NCBI GenBank assembly: GCA_963710375.1 | Contig: CAVPZX010000003.1 | Coordinates: 192,001 to 256,000, forward strand | Length of the DNA stretch: 64,000 nucleotides | Direction of reading: 5' to 3' | Source: Nitrospirota bacterium | GTDB taxonomy: Bacteria; Nitrospirota; Thermodesulfovibrionia; Thermodesulfovibrionales; Dissulfurispiraceae | Shown here: positions 8,947 to 18,087 of the stretch, in pieces | How positions within the stretch are numbered: position 1 is the stretch's first letter | Layout: every line of letters begins with the position of its first letter | Notes under the pieces: generated by a model | What the model saw: the letters and a program-made list of their open reading frames with translations, nothing else | Databases searched by the model: none | Told to the model about the DNA's origin: nothing | Translations under genes and position numbers: made by a program

Positions 8947-10044
8947 ATGATAAAAGCAGGCATCTTTGGCGCTTCGAGTTTAACTGCCGGCAAACTCATT
9001 GAGTTGCTGTTAAATCACCCGGAAGTTGAAATTTCTTTTTTGGCAGCCGAAACATTTAGTGGACGAGGATTAGAAGCCTCTTTTCATGGCAGGTTCAAGA
9101 ATTTATTAGATCTTAAGTTTGAGTCATATTATTCCAACAAGAATAAGATGATGAGCAAATGCGATGTGGTTTTCTTGACAAAGCCTCATGGTAAACATGG
9201 CGATGTTGCTGCGGAACTCCTGGCAAAGAACATAAAAGTCATCGACCTAAGCGCCGATTTTCGGTTGAAGGACCTCAACGTGTTTGCTAAATGGTACAAA
9301 CCTGAGGGAGAACACGCAGCCTACTATTATGGCGGGGAATTTATAGACCTTCTGGGCAAAGCCGTTTATGGCCTGACCGAGATCCATTACGGGAAAATCG
9401 CCAATGCTAATCTGGTTGCTAATCCGGGTTGTTACCCCACAAGCGTTATTTTAGGGTTAGCGCCGTTGTTTAAAGAAAAATTGATCCTGGACGATTTCGT
9501 TGTCGCTGACTCTTATTCCGGAGTAAGCGGTGCTGGCAGGAGCCGTAAAGATGAAACACAGTTTATCGACCTCAACGAAAACATCCGGCCATATAAGATA
9601 GGCACCCACAACCATACGCCCGAAATGGAGCAAGAACTCTCAGAGCTGGGCGGAACGAGTTGCAAGGTGTTGTTCGCGCCCCATATCATGCCGATAGACG
9701 TGGGCATTATAAGTACAATTTACGTAAAATACGCAAAAAAAATGGACACCAAAGAATTGACGGATATGTATAGTACATTCTATGAGAATAAGCCGTTTAT
9801 TAGGATTTACAAAAACGGCGCCTTGCCGCAGTTAAAAGATGTTGCGAATACCAATTTCTGCGACATTGGTATTACGATTGACGAGAGAACTGACCGCTAT
9901 GTTATTACGTCCGTTATCGATAATACTATTAAGGGTGCAGCCGGTCAGGCAATTCAGAACATGAATTTGATGTTTGGACTTGATGAAACCGCCGGGTTGC
10001 CGTTCAGTCGCCCTTTGCAGAAGATGCGTGGTTATAGAGTATAA
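8947..10044 (+). CDS. argC: N-acetyl-gamma-glutamyl-phosphate reductase
   Basis: IDLSADFRL, ANPGCYPT, SGVSGAGR, IDNTIKGAAGQAIQNMN. Confidence 0.95.
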   Translation: MIKAGIFGASSLTAGKLIELLLNHPEVEISFLAAETFSGRGLEASFHGRFKNLLDLKFESYYSNKNKMMSKCDVVFLTKPHGKHGDVAAELLAKNIKVIDLSADFRLKDLNVFAKWYKPEGEHAAYYYGGEFIDLLGKAVYGLTEIHYGKIANANLVANPGCYPTSVILGLAPLFKEKLILDDFVVADSYSGVSGAGRSRKDETQFIDLNENIRPYKIGTHNHTPEMEQELSELGGTSCKVLFAPHIMPIDVGIISTIYVKYAKKMDTKELTDMYSTFYENKPFIRIYKNGALPQLKDVANTNFCDIGITIDERTDRYVITSVIDNTIKGAAGQAIQNMNLMFGLDETAGLPFSRPLQKMRGYRV

Positions 10045-10075
10045 ACCTCTTTCTAAGTTAATCCATAAAAGTCTT

Positions 10076-10109
10076 TGCCAAGGTCGAACCTCAGGGGTTG
10101 ACCTTGGCA
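10076..10109. terminator. Hairpin between convergent genes
   Basis: tgccaaggtc...gaccttggca 10-bp perfect stem; no clear U tract. Confidence 0.45.
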
Positions 10110-10193
10110 GAAGCAACATTGAAATGTTCAATAATCTCGCGAAGCGTGCAGTCGCCTCGTTGCATAGCGTTTCCTCCCGTCATCCGGAAACGA

Positions 10194-10565
10194 TCATTCT
10201 TCTACGATTATCGTTCCTGTCATGTCCTCATGACCCTCTCCGCAGAAGATATCGCAATGGAAATCGTAAGTACCGGCCTTTTGCGGCACTATGCGCACGG
10301 TCGAAACCTGGCCTGGATTGACGTCGGTGCGTATATTCAAATCGGGACAATTGAACCCATGCAATCTGTCCAGTGAAGTGAATTCCAGAACAGCAGGCAC
10401 CCCTTTCTTCAGCCTGATCTCGTTAGGAGAGTATTCGAACTTCTTGGCCGTAATCTTGATTACTTGCTCTGTCTGGTCCTCCGCCCACACATTGACCGCA
10501 AAGAAAGTTAAAAAGAGTAGTATGAGTAAACCGCATGTCAACCTCTCTCCGCTTACGTATCTCAT
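10194..10565 (-). CDS. Exported cupredoxin with CuA site (COX2 periplasmic domain-like)
   Basis: Signal peptide; DRLHGF and CDIFCGEGHEDM supply the CuA ligand set. Confidence 0.8.
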   Translation of the reverse strand: MRYVSGERLTCGLLILLFLTFFAVNVWAEDQTEQVIKITAKKFEYSPNEIRLKKGVPAVLEFTSLDRLHGFNCPDLNIRTDVNPGQVSTVRIVPQKAGTYDFHCDIFCGEGHEDMTGTIIVEE

Positions 10566-11476
10566 CTATATCCTCCCCCCTTATTTACCACAGAAAACCC
10601 GGTAAGTTGATATTCCGGATATCCTGTTTTTCCGGTACCTTTTGCCACACTGCGGAATCCGAGCCCTTTGTATGGGTCAGCGGCATCCCAGGGGAGTTGT
10701 ATGCGCTTGGGGAGTGAGCCGGGCGCAGGCAATGGATACATCAGGCCTTTGGCGGAATAAAGCGGAATATGACCTGCCACATGTTGGTTTTCCTGGTGAA
10801 TATGTCCGTATAAAACTACTACGTTTTTGAACGGCATGAGAAGTTCTATTGCCTTCGCTCCGTCCTGGGTCCACCAATCCCATTTTGGCAGCAAATCAAA
10901 AAGTGGGCGGTGCGTCAGGATTACGATCGGGGATTCTTTATCAAGAGGCTTCAGAATTTCGCTTAACCATTGCAACTGGGCATCTCCTATAGTTGAGGTC
11001 TTCTCCGAAACATTATCTATTGCTATGAAATGCACTCCCTTGTGTTCGAAGATGTAGTGGGTCTTGCCGAAAAACTCCTGGAATGCCTCACCATGATCAA
11101 ATGAGGCATCATGTTCTCCAGGCAAGAACTTAATATTCTTCACTTTCAGTTCGCTGACTATCTTACGGAATTCCGCCATGCGCTTTCTTCGTTCCTTGGG
11201 GTCTTCGGTGTTATGAGTCAAATCACCCGTAAATACGATGAAGTCCGGTTGAGTTTCCAGGCTGTTGACATACTCTATAGCTTTTTTGAGTGTGCCTTGT
11301 GAATCCGGGTTTATCTTCGGATCGTTGAACCCCCAGTGACTATCCGACATCTGGACAAAGGAGAAATCATCCTGTCCGGGTTTATCCATGGCACTCACAA
11401 AATTACGCGGGCCCAATACAAAGACTGCGCTGCCGATACCAATTAGCTTGAAAAAATCCCTCCTGTCCAGGTTCAT
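10562..11476 (-). CDS. Tat-exported calcineurin-like metallophosphoesterase (Icc/CpdA-like)
   Basis: DRRDFFK Tat motif; DSH, GDL, GEHD, GHIH; ATGA overlap with cupredoxin. Confidence 0.85.
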   Translation of the reverse strand: MNLDRRDFFKLIGIGSAVFVLGPRNFVSAMDKPGQDDFSFVQMSDSHWGFNDPKINPDSQGTLKKAIEYVNSLETQPDFIVFTGDLTHNTEDPKERRKRMAEFRKIVSELKVKNIKFLPGEHDASFDHGEAFQEFFGKTHYIFEHKGVHFIAIDNVSEKTSTIGDAQLQWLSEILKPLDKESPIVILTHRPLFDLLPKWDWWTQDGAKAIELLMPFKNVVVLYGHIHQENQHVAGHIPLYSAKGLMYPLPAPGSLPKRIQLPWDAADPYKGLGFRSVAKGTGKTGYPEYQLTGFSVVNKGGGYR

Positions 11477-12308
11477 AATCTTTCTCCTTGGCGATAAGTC
11501 GGGTTATTACAAATTACCTGTTTTGTCCCTTCACTTAGAAAACCCTATTCATACCATGCATCAAGGCAGATGGTGAATAATCCGCATAGCCATAGTTTAC
11601 AAGTTGTAAAATCAACTCTATCACAACTGTAAAATAAGTCAACTATCAAGGTAAAAATGTGTCAAGGCAAAATGAAAATGTCCGGTTTATACTGCCACCG
11701 GCTGCGGTGGTTTTTTATCGATGAGTAGGTTTCAGTGCAAAAAAGAAAAGGAAAAAATGGTCGCTGTCTCTATTTTCATACAATGTCAGATGCTCACACC
11801 AGTAATTGAAACCAAGCTTGTTTTTTTATACCTGATGAGTACGGGACATAACTTTACTCATCAGCCATGCTCCGGGTTGAGCTATTAGATTGAACGAGGA
11901 TCGGCTCAGATTTCCCTCCGTGTGAAATGCCGGGAGAAACCTTTAGTGATACCAACGTCAAGAGAAGTTATCCGATATTTTCAGCGAATTGATACTGATA
12001 TCACCGACGAGTCAACGGTAGTTGCAAAATGGATTGACTGCGGAGTTCGCTAAGAATGTGTGAAAATCAGTTTATGAATAACATATCGTAACAAAGACCG
12101 CTGGCATTCTTTGACCACTATAACTTTCTCCGCGTTACAGGCAAATTGAGATCTTTGTCATTGGTGAAGGTTAAGGAAGAAACATCTCACTATTAAAGAG
12201 TTCGCGACTGCGCGTCTGCCTTTCAGAAAATAAGGTATCAATTTTCTGCAGGAGGCTGCTTTCTCCGCACTAGATTTGCAAGCAACCGGGCACGCGTTGA
12301 AATGAGTG

Positions 12309-12662
12309 TTATCTTCTTACTCTGAACCTATTAGGTTCAAGTATTATCGTAGCATGCGAGATAATTTCTGAAGGATTGTTCTTGAGAAACAATTCGATGA
12401 GGTTGTTCATTTCAGAAGGCTTCATAGCTCGAACTTTAAGAACGATGATGCCTGGATATCTTTCAGGCGGATATAAGAGGATATTTGCAAAATCCTGGTC
12501 GCGGGTTATAATTATCCTGTTTTCATTTAATGCAAGAGAAGCAACTTCCGTATCGGGTGATGCAGACGGCAAAATGTCCCTAACGTCAGTAACGTCATGA
12601 CCGAGGGTTTCTACGATCTTATTCGTTGAACGGGGTACATTGGCGTCAATAAGGAATTTCAC
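12309..12662 (-). CDS. DUF5615 PIN-like toxin (VapC45-type)
   Basis: MKFLIDANVP...D.EV...ENRIIITRDQDF...PGIIVL. Confidence 0.85.
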   Translation of the reverse strand: MKFLIDANVPRSTNKIVETLGHDVTDVRDILPSASPDTEVASLALNENRIIITRDQDFANILLYPPERYPGIIVLKVRAMKPSEMNNLIELFLKNNPSEIISHATIILEPNRFRVRR

Positions 12663-12669
12663 TCAGAGA

Positions 12670-12897
12670 TCACCCTTGTTTGAGGGTGACTTCTTCCTCT
12701 TGAGCAAGAATGGCAGCATAATAAATACAAGCACGAATGTCGTCATCTGTAACCGGCGGATACTCGGCCTTTATTTCATCATAGTTCATGCCGGCTGAAA
12801 GAGAATCGAGGATGACAAAAACAGGGATCCGCGTTCCTTTAATGCAGGGTTTTCCGTGGCAAATAGCAGGATCTATAGATATTCTATCCAACAGCAT
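12670..12897 (-). CDS. DUF433 antitoxin (VapB45-type)
   Basis: RISIDPAICHGKPCIKGTRIPV...EYP...DDIRACIYYA; likely ATG 12897. Confidence 0.9.
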   Translation of the reverse strand: MLLDRISIDPAICHGKPCIKGTRIPVFVILDSLSAGMNYDEIKAEYPPVTDDDIRACIYYAAILAQEEEVTLKQG

Positions 12898-13037
12898 AAC
12901 TAAGAATATAATTTTGCAGGGAAAAAAGCAATGGGGCGGCATTTTTTCGGGGAACAGAGTAACGATCTGCTATAATTGTTTATAATGACGAATGGCATGT
13001 GAACAACCAGAACAACAAATATAAGGCAAACTAGTAA

Positions 13038-13643
13038 ATGCATTGGAAAGCTCAAAAGACGATTTTACCTGCACTTGTAATAGCAGGCCTTTTTTTTGAC
13101 CTATTGGCTCTATCTATCCCTGAAGTTTCTGCTCACGAGGTTGAACTAAGCAAAAAGATTATCATCGAGGAGAATCACATTCCTTCGGTAACTAAACCTG
13201 GGGATAAACCCATAACCTTAAACGAACAATTGCTAAGCAAACTTGTTCCAGAACTTAAGAATCCGAGGCTTATGCACTATGATGACTTGAGCGATCCTAG
13301 AGACAGGGAGAGCTTTATAGAGGGCGGTTATACATTTGTGCTAACAGGAGATTTTATTAGAAATGGTTTCGCAGATATAGCATTTGTTGGTAAATATGAC
13401 AATCCAGAAAGCTCTACTGAGAATTGCTTTTTTGCAGTGGTGAGTATTCAGGGGAAGAAAATAATTAGAGAGTATTTTTCAAAGCTTAAAACCAAAGAAG
13501 TCTCTCTAATACGCGTTTCAAATTATAAACCTAAAACTGATGCCATTGGTCTTGTATATAAGTTTGAGACGGAGGAGTGTGGATATTTTTTTTGGCTCAA
13601 GATGAAGCTTTATTATGAGCCATGTAAATCTGTATTTCCATAG
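13038..13643 (+). CDS. Hypothetical exported protein, AT-rich
   Basis: Hydrophobic N-terminus ending VSA; one FG-GAP-like motif GDFIRNGFADIAF. Confidence 0.6.
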   Translation: MHWKAQKTILPALVIAGLFFDLLALSIPEVSAHEVELSKKIIIEENHIPSVTKPGDKPITLNEQLLSKLVPELKNPRLMHYDDLSDPRDRESFIEGGYTFVLTGDFIRNGFADIAFVGKYDNPESSTENCFFAVVSIQGKKIIREYFSKLKTKEVSLIRVSNYKPKTDAIGLVYKFETEECGYFFWLKMKLYYEPCKSVFP

Positions 13644-13960
13644 TTTTGCTCACATTCCGCTCAGGGAGCTGTAAAGTATACGAAGAGTACAGCCTCAGCC
13701 ACATTCGGCGCTTGTTAAGTACCGCCTGCAAATTGATGTGACCATGAGATCAAAAATTCGAGTGAATTGTATAAAGAAACTATCTCGAGTTCATGGCTTG
13801 TATTAGCGTTTCGCGATAAAACCTACTAGCACAGCTGATTGTCCTTCGCGAGGATTGTTAGAAGTACTCAATATACAGGGTGGCTATATTTACGAGAGTA
13901 CCCCTCATACAGTTGCGGCAATCTTAAACTGTTATGTTCAGGAAGAAGCCATATCTTTGG

Positions 13961-13995
13961 ACAAAATAATGGGGTGGTGTTTCCACCACCCCATT
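13961..13995 (-). terminator. Intrinsic terminator downstream of the Lys-rich micro-ORF
   Basis: 12-bp perfect stem aatggggtggtg/caccaccccatt; GAAA loop and ATTTTGT tail on the minus strand. Confidence 0.8.
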
Positions 13996-14018
13996 CACAA
14001 ACGATGCCACATTTAAAA

Positions 14019-14081
14019 CTACTTCTTTTTGCTAACAGGCTTCTTTGAGGTTTTCTTAGACGGCTTCTTTGTTGCAGCCAT
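14019..14081 (-). CDS. 20-aa Lys-rich micropeptide MAATKKPSKKTSKKPVSKKK
   Basis: AGGAGG 8 nt before ATG; own terminator; below the ORF-track size cutoff. Confidence 0.65.
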   Translation of the reverse strand: MAATKKPSKKTSKKPVSKKK

Positions 14082-14529
14082 TGTTGAGCCCTCCTGTTTT
14101 AGTATTTTGAATCGCGATGATCTCAAGCAAGCATCATCATTATTATTTATCGTGATTTTTTTACTTTTATCAAGTGGTTTAGTAAATTTTTAAAAATATT
14201 TTATTCTATTATGTGTTTTTTACATAAACTCCAAAGCTCTATTTGAGGCCCTTACCGCCAATTCGCAATAATCTCAACATGCTGAAATGTAATTGCCGCA
14301 ATTCGACTTAAAGGCCAGTGTACTACGGTAAAGTCCGCTTCTCGATAATACAAGCTTCATTCGGAAATGCAAGTAGCAGAGAAGATTCGAGTGACGTTTA
14401 GTGCACCGATTAATCTCGATTTTCAAATTTCACCAGGTATAATGCTTTCCGGTCGTACTATAGCTCACAGACAGAAGATTGACGTTATGTAATCAACATT
14501 CTGGTTTTTGATGGTAAGATAACAGTGCT

Positions 14530-15117
14530 ATGAAAAAGCTCGGCCGGTCATTTTTTCATCAAGACGCGATCAAGCTTGCGCGCGCTTTGATCGGAACAAT
14601 TCTCGTGCATCGTGTTCGGGGCAAGGAGTACCGGGCGCGCATCGTAGAAACCGAAGCATATCTCGGCCCCAATGACCTTGCTTCCCACTCCTCTAAAGGC
14701 AGGACAAAACGGACCGAGGTCATGTTCGGCCCTGCTGGTCATGCGTACGTCTACCTCATCTACGGGATGCACAACATGTTCAATATTGTGGTTGGTAAAA
14801 CCGGCAAAGCACAGGCCGTGCTCATCCGCGCGGCCGAACCTCTCGATGAGTGGCAAGCTGATCTTTCCGGCCCTGGCAAACTCACACGCGCTCTCAAAAT
14901 CACCCGATCTTACCATAGCATGGATCTATGCGGCGACAGGTTGTATCTTCTCTCAGGTTCCCGAATACGACTGCGGATAAAAAGAAGTGAACGTATCGGC
15001 GTTGAGTACGCAAAAGAATGGAAAGATAAGCTGTTACGTTTTTATGATGCGGATAGTCCAGCAGTGAGTGGCAATGTAAGCTGCCGGACACGCCCCAGTA
15101 ATGCCATGCTGATATAA
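14530..15117 (+). CDS. mpg: 3-methyladenine DNA glycosylase (AAG/Mpg family)
   Basis: RIVETEAYLG, MFGPAGHAYVYLIYGMH, AVLIRA, GPGKL, RIGV. Confidence 0.93.
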   Translation: MKKLGRSFFHQDAIKLARALIGTILVHRVRGKEYRARIVETEAYLGPNDLASHSSKGRTKRTEVMFGPAGHAYVYLIYGMHNMFNIVVGKTGKAQAVLIRAAEPLDEWQADLSGPGKLTRALKITRSYHSMDLCGDRLYLLSGSRIRLRIKRSERIGVEYAKEWKDKLLRFYDADSPAVSGNVSCRTRPSNAMLI

Positions 15118-15140
15118 AAAAGAAAGGAGCAGTAACGGGC

Positions 15141-15332
15141 ATGGACAACACGGAAACAAGCGCAGGCATTACCGAACGGCGTGCGGATTACCAGGTACGG
15201 ATGAGCCCGCGATGCTCGCTCTTCAAAGACTTTCTGGAAAAAGAAGGGAAAGCTTTTTTAACAAAGAGATCGAGAGCAGAAGATAAGGGAGAAAAAACAA
15301 GATTAGTTTTAGCAAAAGCTTTCGGGTGCTGA
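15141..15332 (+). CDS. Small hypothetical ORF directly upstream of attC (possible cassette remnant)
   Basis: AAGGAG RBS; stop codon 3 nt before the attC R'' box. Confidence 0.4.
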   Translation: MDNTETSAGITERRADYQVRMSPRCSLFKDFLEKEGKAFLTKRSRAEDKGEKTRLVLAKAFGC

Positions 15333-15335
15333 GAG

Positions 15336-15466
15336 GCCTAACAACGGCTTGCAGTCTGACAAAAGCGGCGTGTTTGTCGCAGTGAGGCATGAGCCCTCGC
15401 CGACTGTGTGAATTTTCTCGATCGCTTATGCTAAGGCTCGCTTTGCATCTGAAGCCGGTGTTCTTG
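15336..15466 (+). other. Solitary integron attC-like site
   Basis: R'' GCCTAAC; arms AACAACGGCTT-G-CAG..TG-A-CAAAAGCG / CGCTTTGCATCTGAAGCCGGTGTT with extrahelical bases; R' degenerate (GTTCTTG). Confidence 0.65.
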
Positions 15467-15706
15467 TGTACGAAGGCTTTGAAGAATCGTCCGCTCATTG
15501 CCAATTGCTTCTGGGGAAATCTTTCACTCACGGCAGAAAACTGACAGGAATGACTTCAGGAAGACATAAACAAATTTGCCTGACTTTTTATCATATCCTT
15601 TTTAAGCTGTAGTTGCCACTACTGTGCTGACCTTTCGGACGATGTTCGATCAGGTCTTGTCTTTCAGGATGGTGCATTCTGATGCAAAATGGTGTATAAT
15701 TATTTT

Positions 15707-15964
15707 ATGGCTACAACCGAAAAAACGATCCGCCAGAGCATCACCCTCCCTTCTCCACTGGCCAAGCGGGTGAAGACCTTGGCAAAAAGCCGAAAAGTGA
15801 GTTCGAATCGGATACTTGTAGAACTCGTTGAAACCGGGCTGCGAGCAAAAGAAGAGGAGAAGCGCAGATTCTTCGAATTGGCGGGTCGGTTAAGCACATC
15901 AACAGATGCGAAAGAACAGCAGGAATTGAAGGAACAACTTGCCCGAATGACTTTCGGAGAATGA
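15707..15964 (+). CDS. Ribbon-helix-helix (CopG-like) putative antitoxin
   Basis: RQSITLPSPLAKRVKTLAK...SSNRILVELVETGL; TATAAT 6 nt before ATG. Confidence 0.7.
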   Translation: MATTEKTIRQSITLPSPLAKRVKTLAKSRKVSSNRILVELVETGLRAKEEEKRRFFELAGRLSTSTDAKEQQELKEQLARMTFGE

Positions 15965-16207
15965 GTGCTGAAGATCCAGTGGACCCGTCTTCCTATTGCA
16001 CTCCGAGATCATCTCTTTGATCGGCTTCGGGATCGTCAAATCACCGCTGAGGATCTCTACCAGCTGAAACTCTGGCGAGAATCTGAGCCTGAAGCCCCGG
16101 AAGGCGATTGGTATAAGGATTTCGGCTCATTCAAAGTCTGCGGCAGGGGGAAATATCCCAAGACATTTCTTCTTCGAGGACAACCCGCCAAGGGCCAAGA
16201 GTTGTAA
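15965..16207 (+). CDS. Small hypothetical protein, putative toxin of a type II TA pair
   Basis: 80 aa; GTG abuts the antitoxin stop; WYKDFGSFKVCG motif. Confidence 0.6.
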   Translation: MLKIQWTRLPIALRDHLFDRLRDRQITAEDLYQLKLWRESEPEAPEGDWYKDFGSFKVCGRGKYPKTFLLRGQPAKGQEL

Positions 16208-16357
16208 ATAGCTTCCTGTAATCTACCCTTTCATATTGCCGCAACTATATGCAGAGTACGAACGAAAATGCTTACCGCTCGATTGTGAAGTATGCACCGC
16301 TTTGCGTCACGTAAAAAAGTATTCGAAAATATTTGCTTATTGACATTCAATATTGTG

Positions 16358-16506
16358 GCGTCAAGAGCAGGCGGGACACAGCGCCTCGGCTAAATCTCAC
16401 AAGGCATCCAGCCTTGCTCGAAGGCGACGCCAGCCCGTTCAGCCATCCATGGCGTCTCGGGCTGCCAACGCCCGCTACGGCACCATGTCCCGCCTGCTCT
16501 TGACGC
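16358..16506. repeat. REP/MITE-like long palindrome C
   Basis: Perfect 21-bp inverted repeat gcgtcaagagcaggcgggaca / tgtcccgcctgctcttgacgc; central gccatccatggc. Confidence 0.7.
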
Positions 16507-16641
16507 AATTATACATTAAGCTACAAATTACTTCTTTGCTTTTGACGATGATAATTTAATAAGATTGTTCTGAAGTTTGCTTTTCTGCCTTCTTAATTCT
16601 GCTATATAAGCTAAGTATAAATGTCCCCATGTTGATAAAAA

Positions 16642-16825
16642 GTGCAATGAAGGATATGTCTCAGGGAGCGAATTGCGGAGCTTTGGTAATGATTCTTGGC
16701 GAAATGAGCGTTAAACAACCGCAAGTGTCTGAGCCCGCAGGGCGAGTTTTGCGGCTGTAGCGAATGAGCCTTTAGAATCGTCAAAGCGCAGCACCTGAGC
16801 GGAAGAGGCATATCCTTCATTACAC
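16642..16825 (-). mobile_element. Family A element, diverged inverted core copy lacking outer arms
   Basis: gtgcaatgaaggatatgtctc...gaggcatatccttcattacac; interior is the reverse complement of copies 1 and 2 (ctgagcccgcagggcgagttttgcggctgtagcgaa). Confidence 0.75.
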
Positions 16826-17337
16826 GGCCCACTACAAAGGAACTGAGAAATTAGAAGATAGCCGCAAAACAGGCGCAGGCAATTCGTGCAGTAACGTTCA
16901 TACAGTTGCGTGAATCACAAACGTGCGGACTTTAAGTAGTTATTCTCCGCAACTTGAAGTTCCTGACACTCTCTGTTCGTCGGTGAATCCGAGATTATGA
17001 GACAGCTTTACACGCAATCAAGGATTTGTGTGTACTTCGGGACATAAGTGGTTTTTCCACTTGCTGAGCCCCCTTCCGTTGATTTTCAAAAGAAACAGAC
17101 ACAGCCGATGATTGCCGAAGCCACGAGGCCTGATAATAGAAAGCTTTGTTCTCTCCTGTCAGGGGCCGCATGTTACGGGACAAAGTCTTTGTTAGTTGCG
17201 GATCCGCATACCTGTTGACTGTCAAGTGTATCAGAAATGTAAGATGATATCGGGAGCGTCTCTTAGGAGGAGCAGGGTGAACTTAACGGCAGCTTTTATT
17301 TCCAGATTTCGAGGCGATAGATCGTAAAGAAATAGAT

Positions 17338-18087
17338 TCAGATACCTGTCTTAATCTGTGCTTTGATGAATTCCCTGTTTAGTTTCGCAATGAACTGTAC
17401 TTTAATCCCTTTAGGACATGCCGCCTGACATTCGTAGTGGTTGCTGCAATTGCCGAAACCTTCCTTAAGCATTGCATCGGTCATCATGCAGACACGCCTT
17501 GCCGCCTCGGCACTTCCCTGAGGCAGGTTCGCAAGATGCGCCACTTTTGCTGCGGTAAAGAGCATTGCGGAACCGTTCGGACAGGCGGCTACGCATGCCC
17601 CGCATCCTATGCACTCCGCGGCATCCATCGCTTTATCGGCAGCGGACTTAGGGATAGGTATCGCATTTGCATCCGGAACACCCCCGGTATGGACCGATAC
17701 GTAACCGCCTGACTGCACGATCAGGTCAAGAGCGCTGCGGTCGACAATCAGATCTTTTATCACCGGGAAGGCCTTTGCGCGCCACGGTTCTATATAGATG
17801 GTGTCTCCATCCTTGAAGTGCCTCATGTGAAGCTGGCATATTGTGGTCTTCTCCTGAGGTCCATGCGGAACACCATTGACTACCTGCGAGCACATGCCGC
17901 ATATCCCTTCGCGGCAGTCGTGGTCAAAGGCTATCGGCTCTTTGCCGGTCTTGATCAGTCCCTGGTTAACGACGTCGAGCATCTCAAGGAAGGACATGTC
18001 GGGGCTTACGTCCTTTGCCCTGTATTCCTCAAGCTTCCCCGGTGAATCCGGGCCTTTCTGTCTCCATACGTATAGTGTCAAATCCAT
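17338..18087 (-). CDS. sdhB: Succinate dehydrogenase/fumarate reductase Fe-S subunit
   Basis: [34 protein letters not shown]. Confidence 0.95.
   Translation of the reverse strand: MDLTLYVWRQKGPDSPGKLEEYRAKDVSPDMSFLEMLDVVNQGLIKTGKEPIAFDHDCREGICGMCSQVVNGVPHGPQEKTTICQLHMRHFKDGDTIYIEPWRAKAFPVIKDLIVDRSALDLIVQSGGYVSVHTGGVPDANAIPIPKSAADKAMDAAECIGCGACVAACPNGSAMLFTAAKVAHLANLPQGSAEAARRVCMMTDAMLKEGFGNCSNHYECQAACPKGIKVQFIAKLNREFIKAQIKTGI

Noticed and set aside
13644..13725. Second attC after the 13038..13643 gene (GTTAAGT at ~13714)
   Set aside because: No RYYYAAC box or complementary arms upstream.
14470..14495. dif-like site around ttatgtaatc (also ~55255-55280)
   Set aside because: Only a partial XerD-like half; no matching XerC arm at 6-bp spacing.
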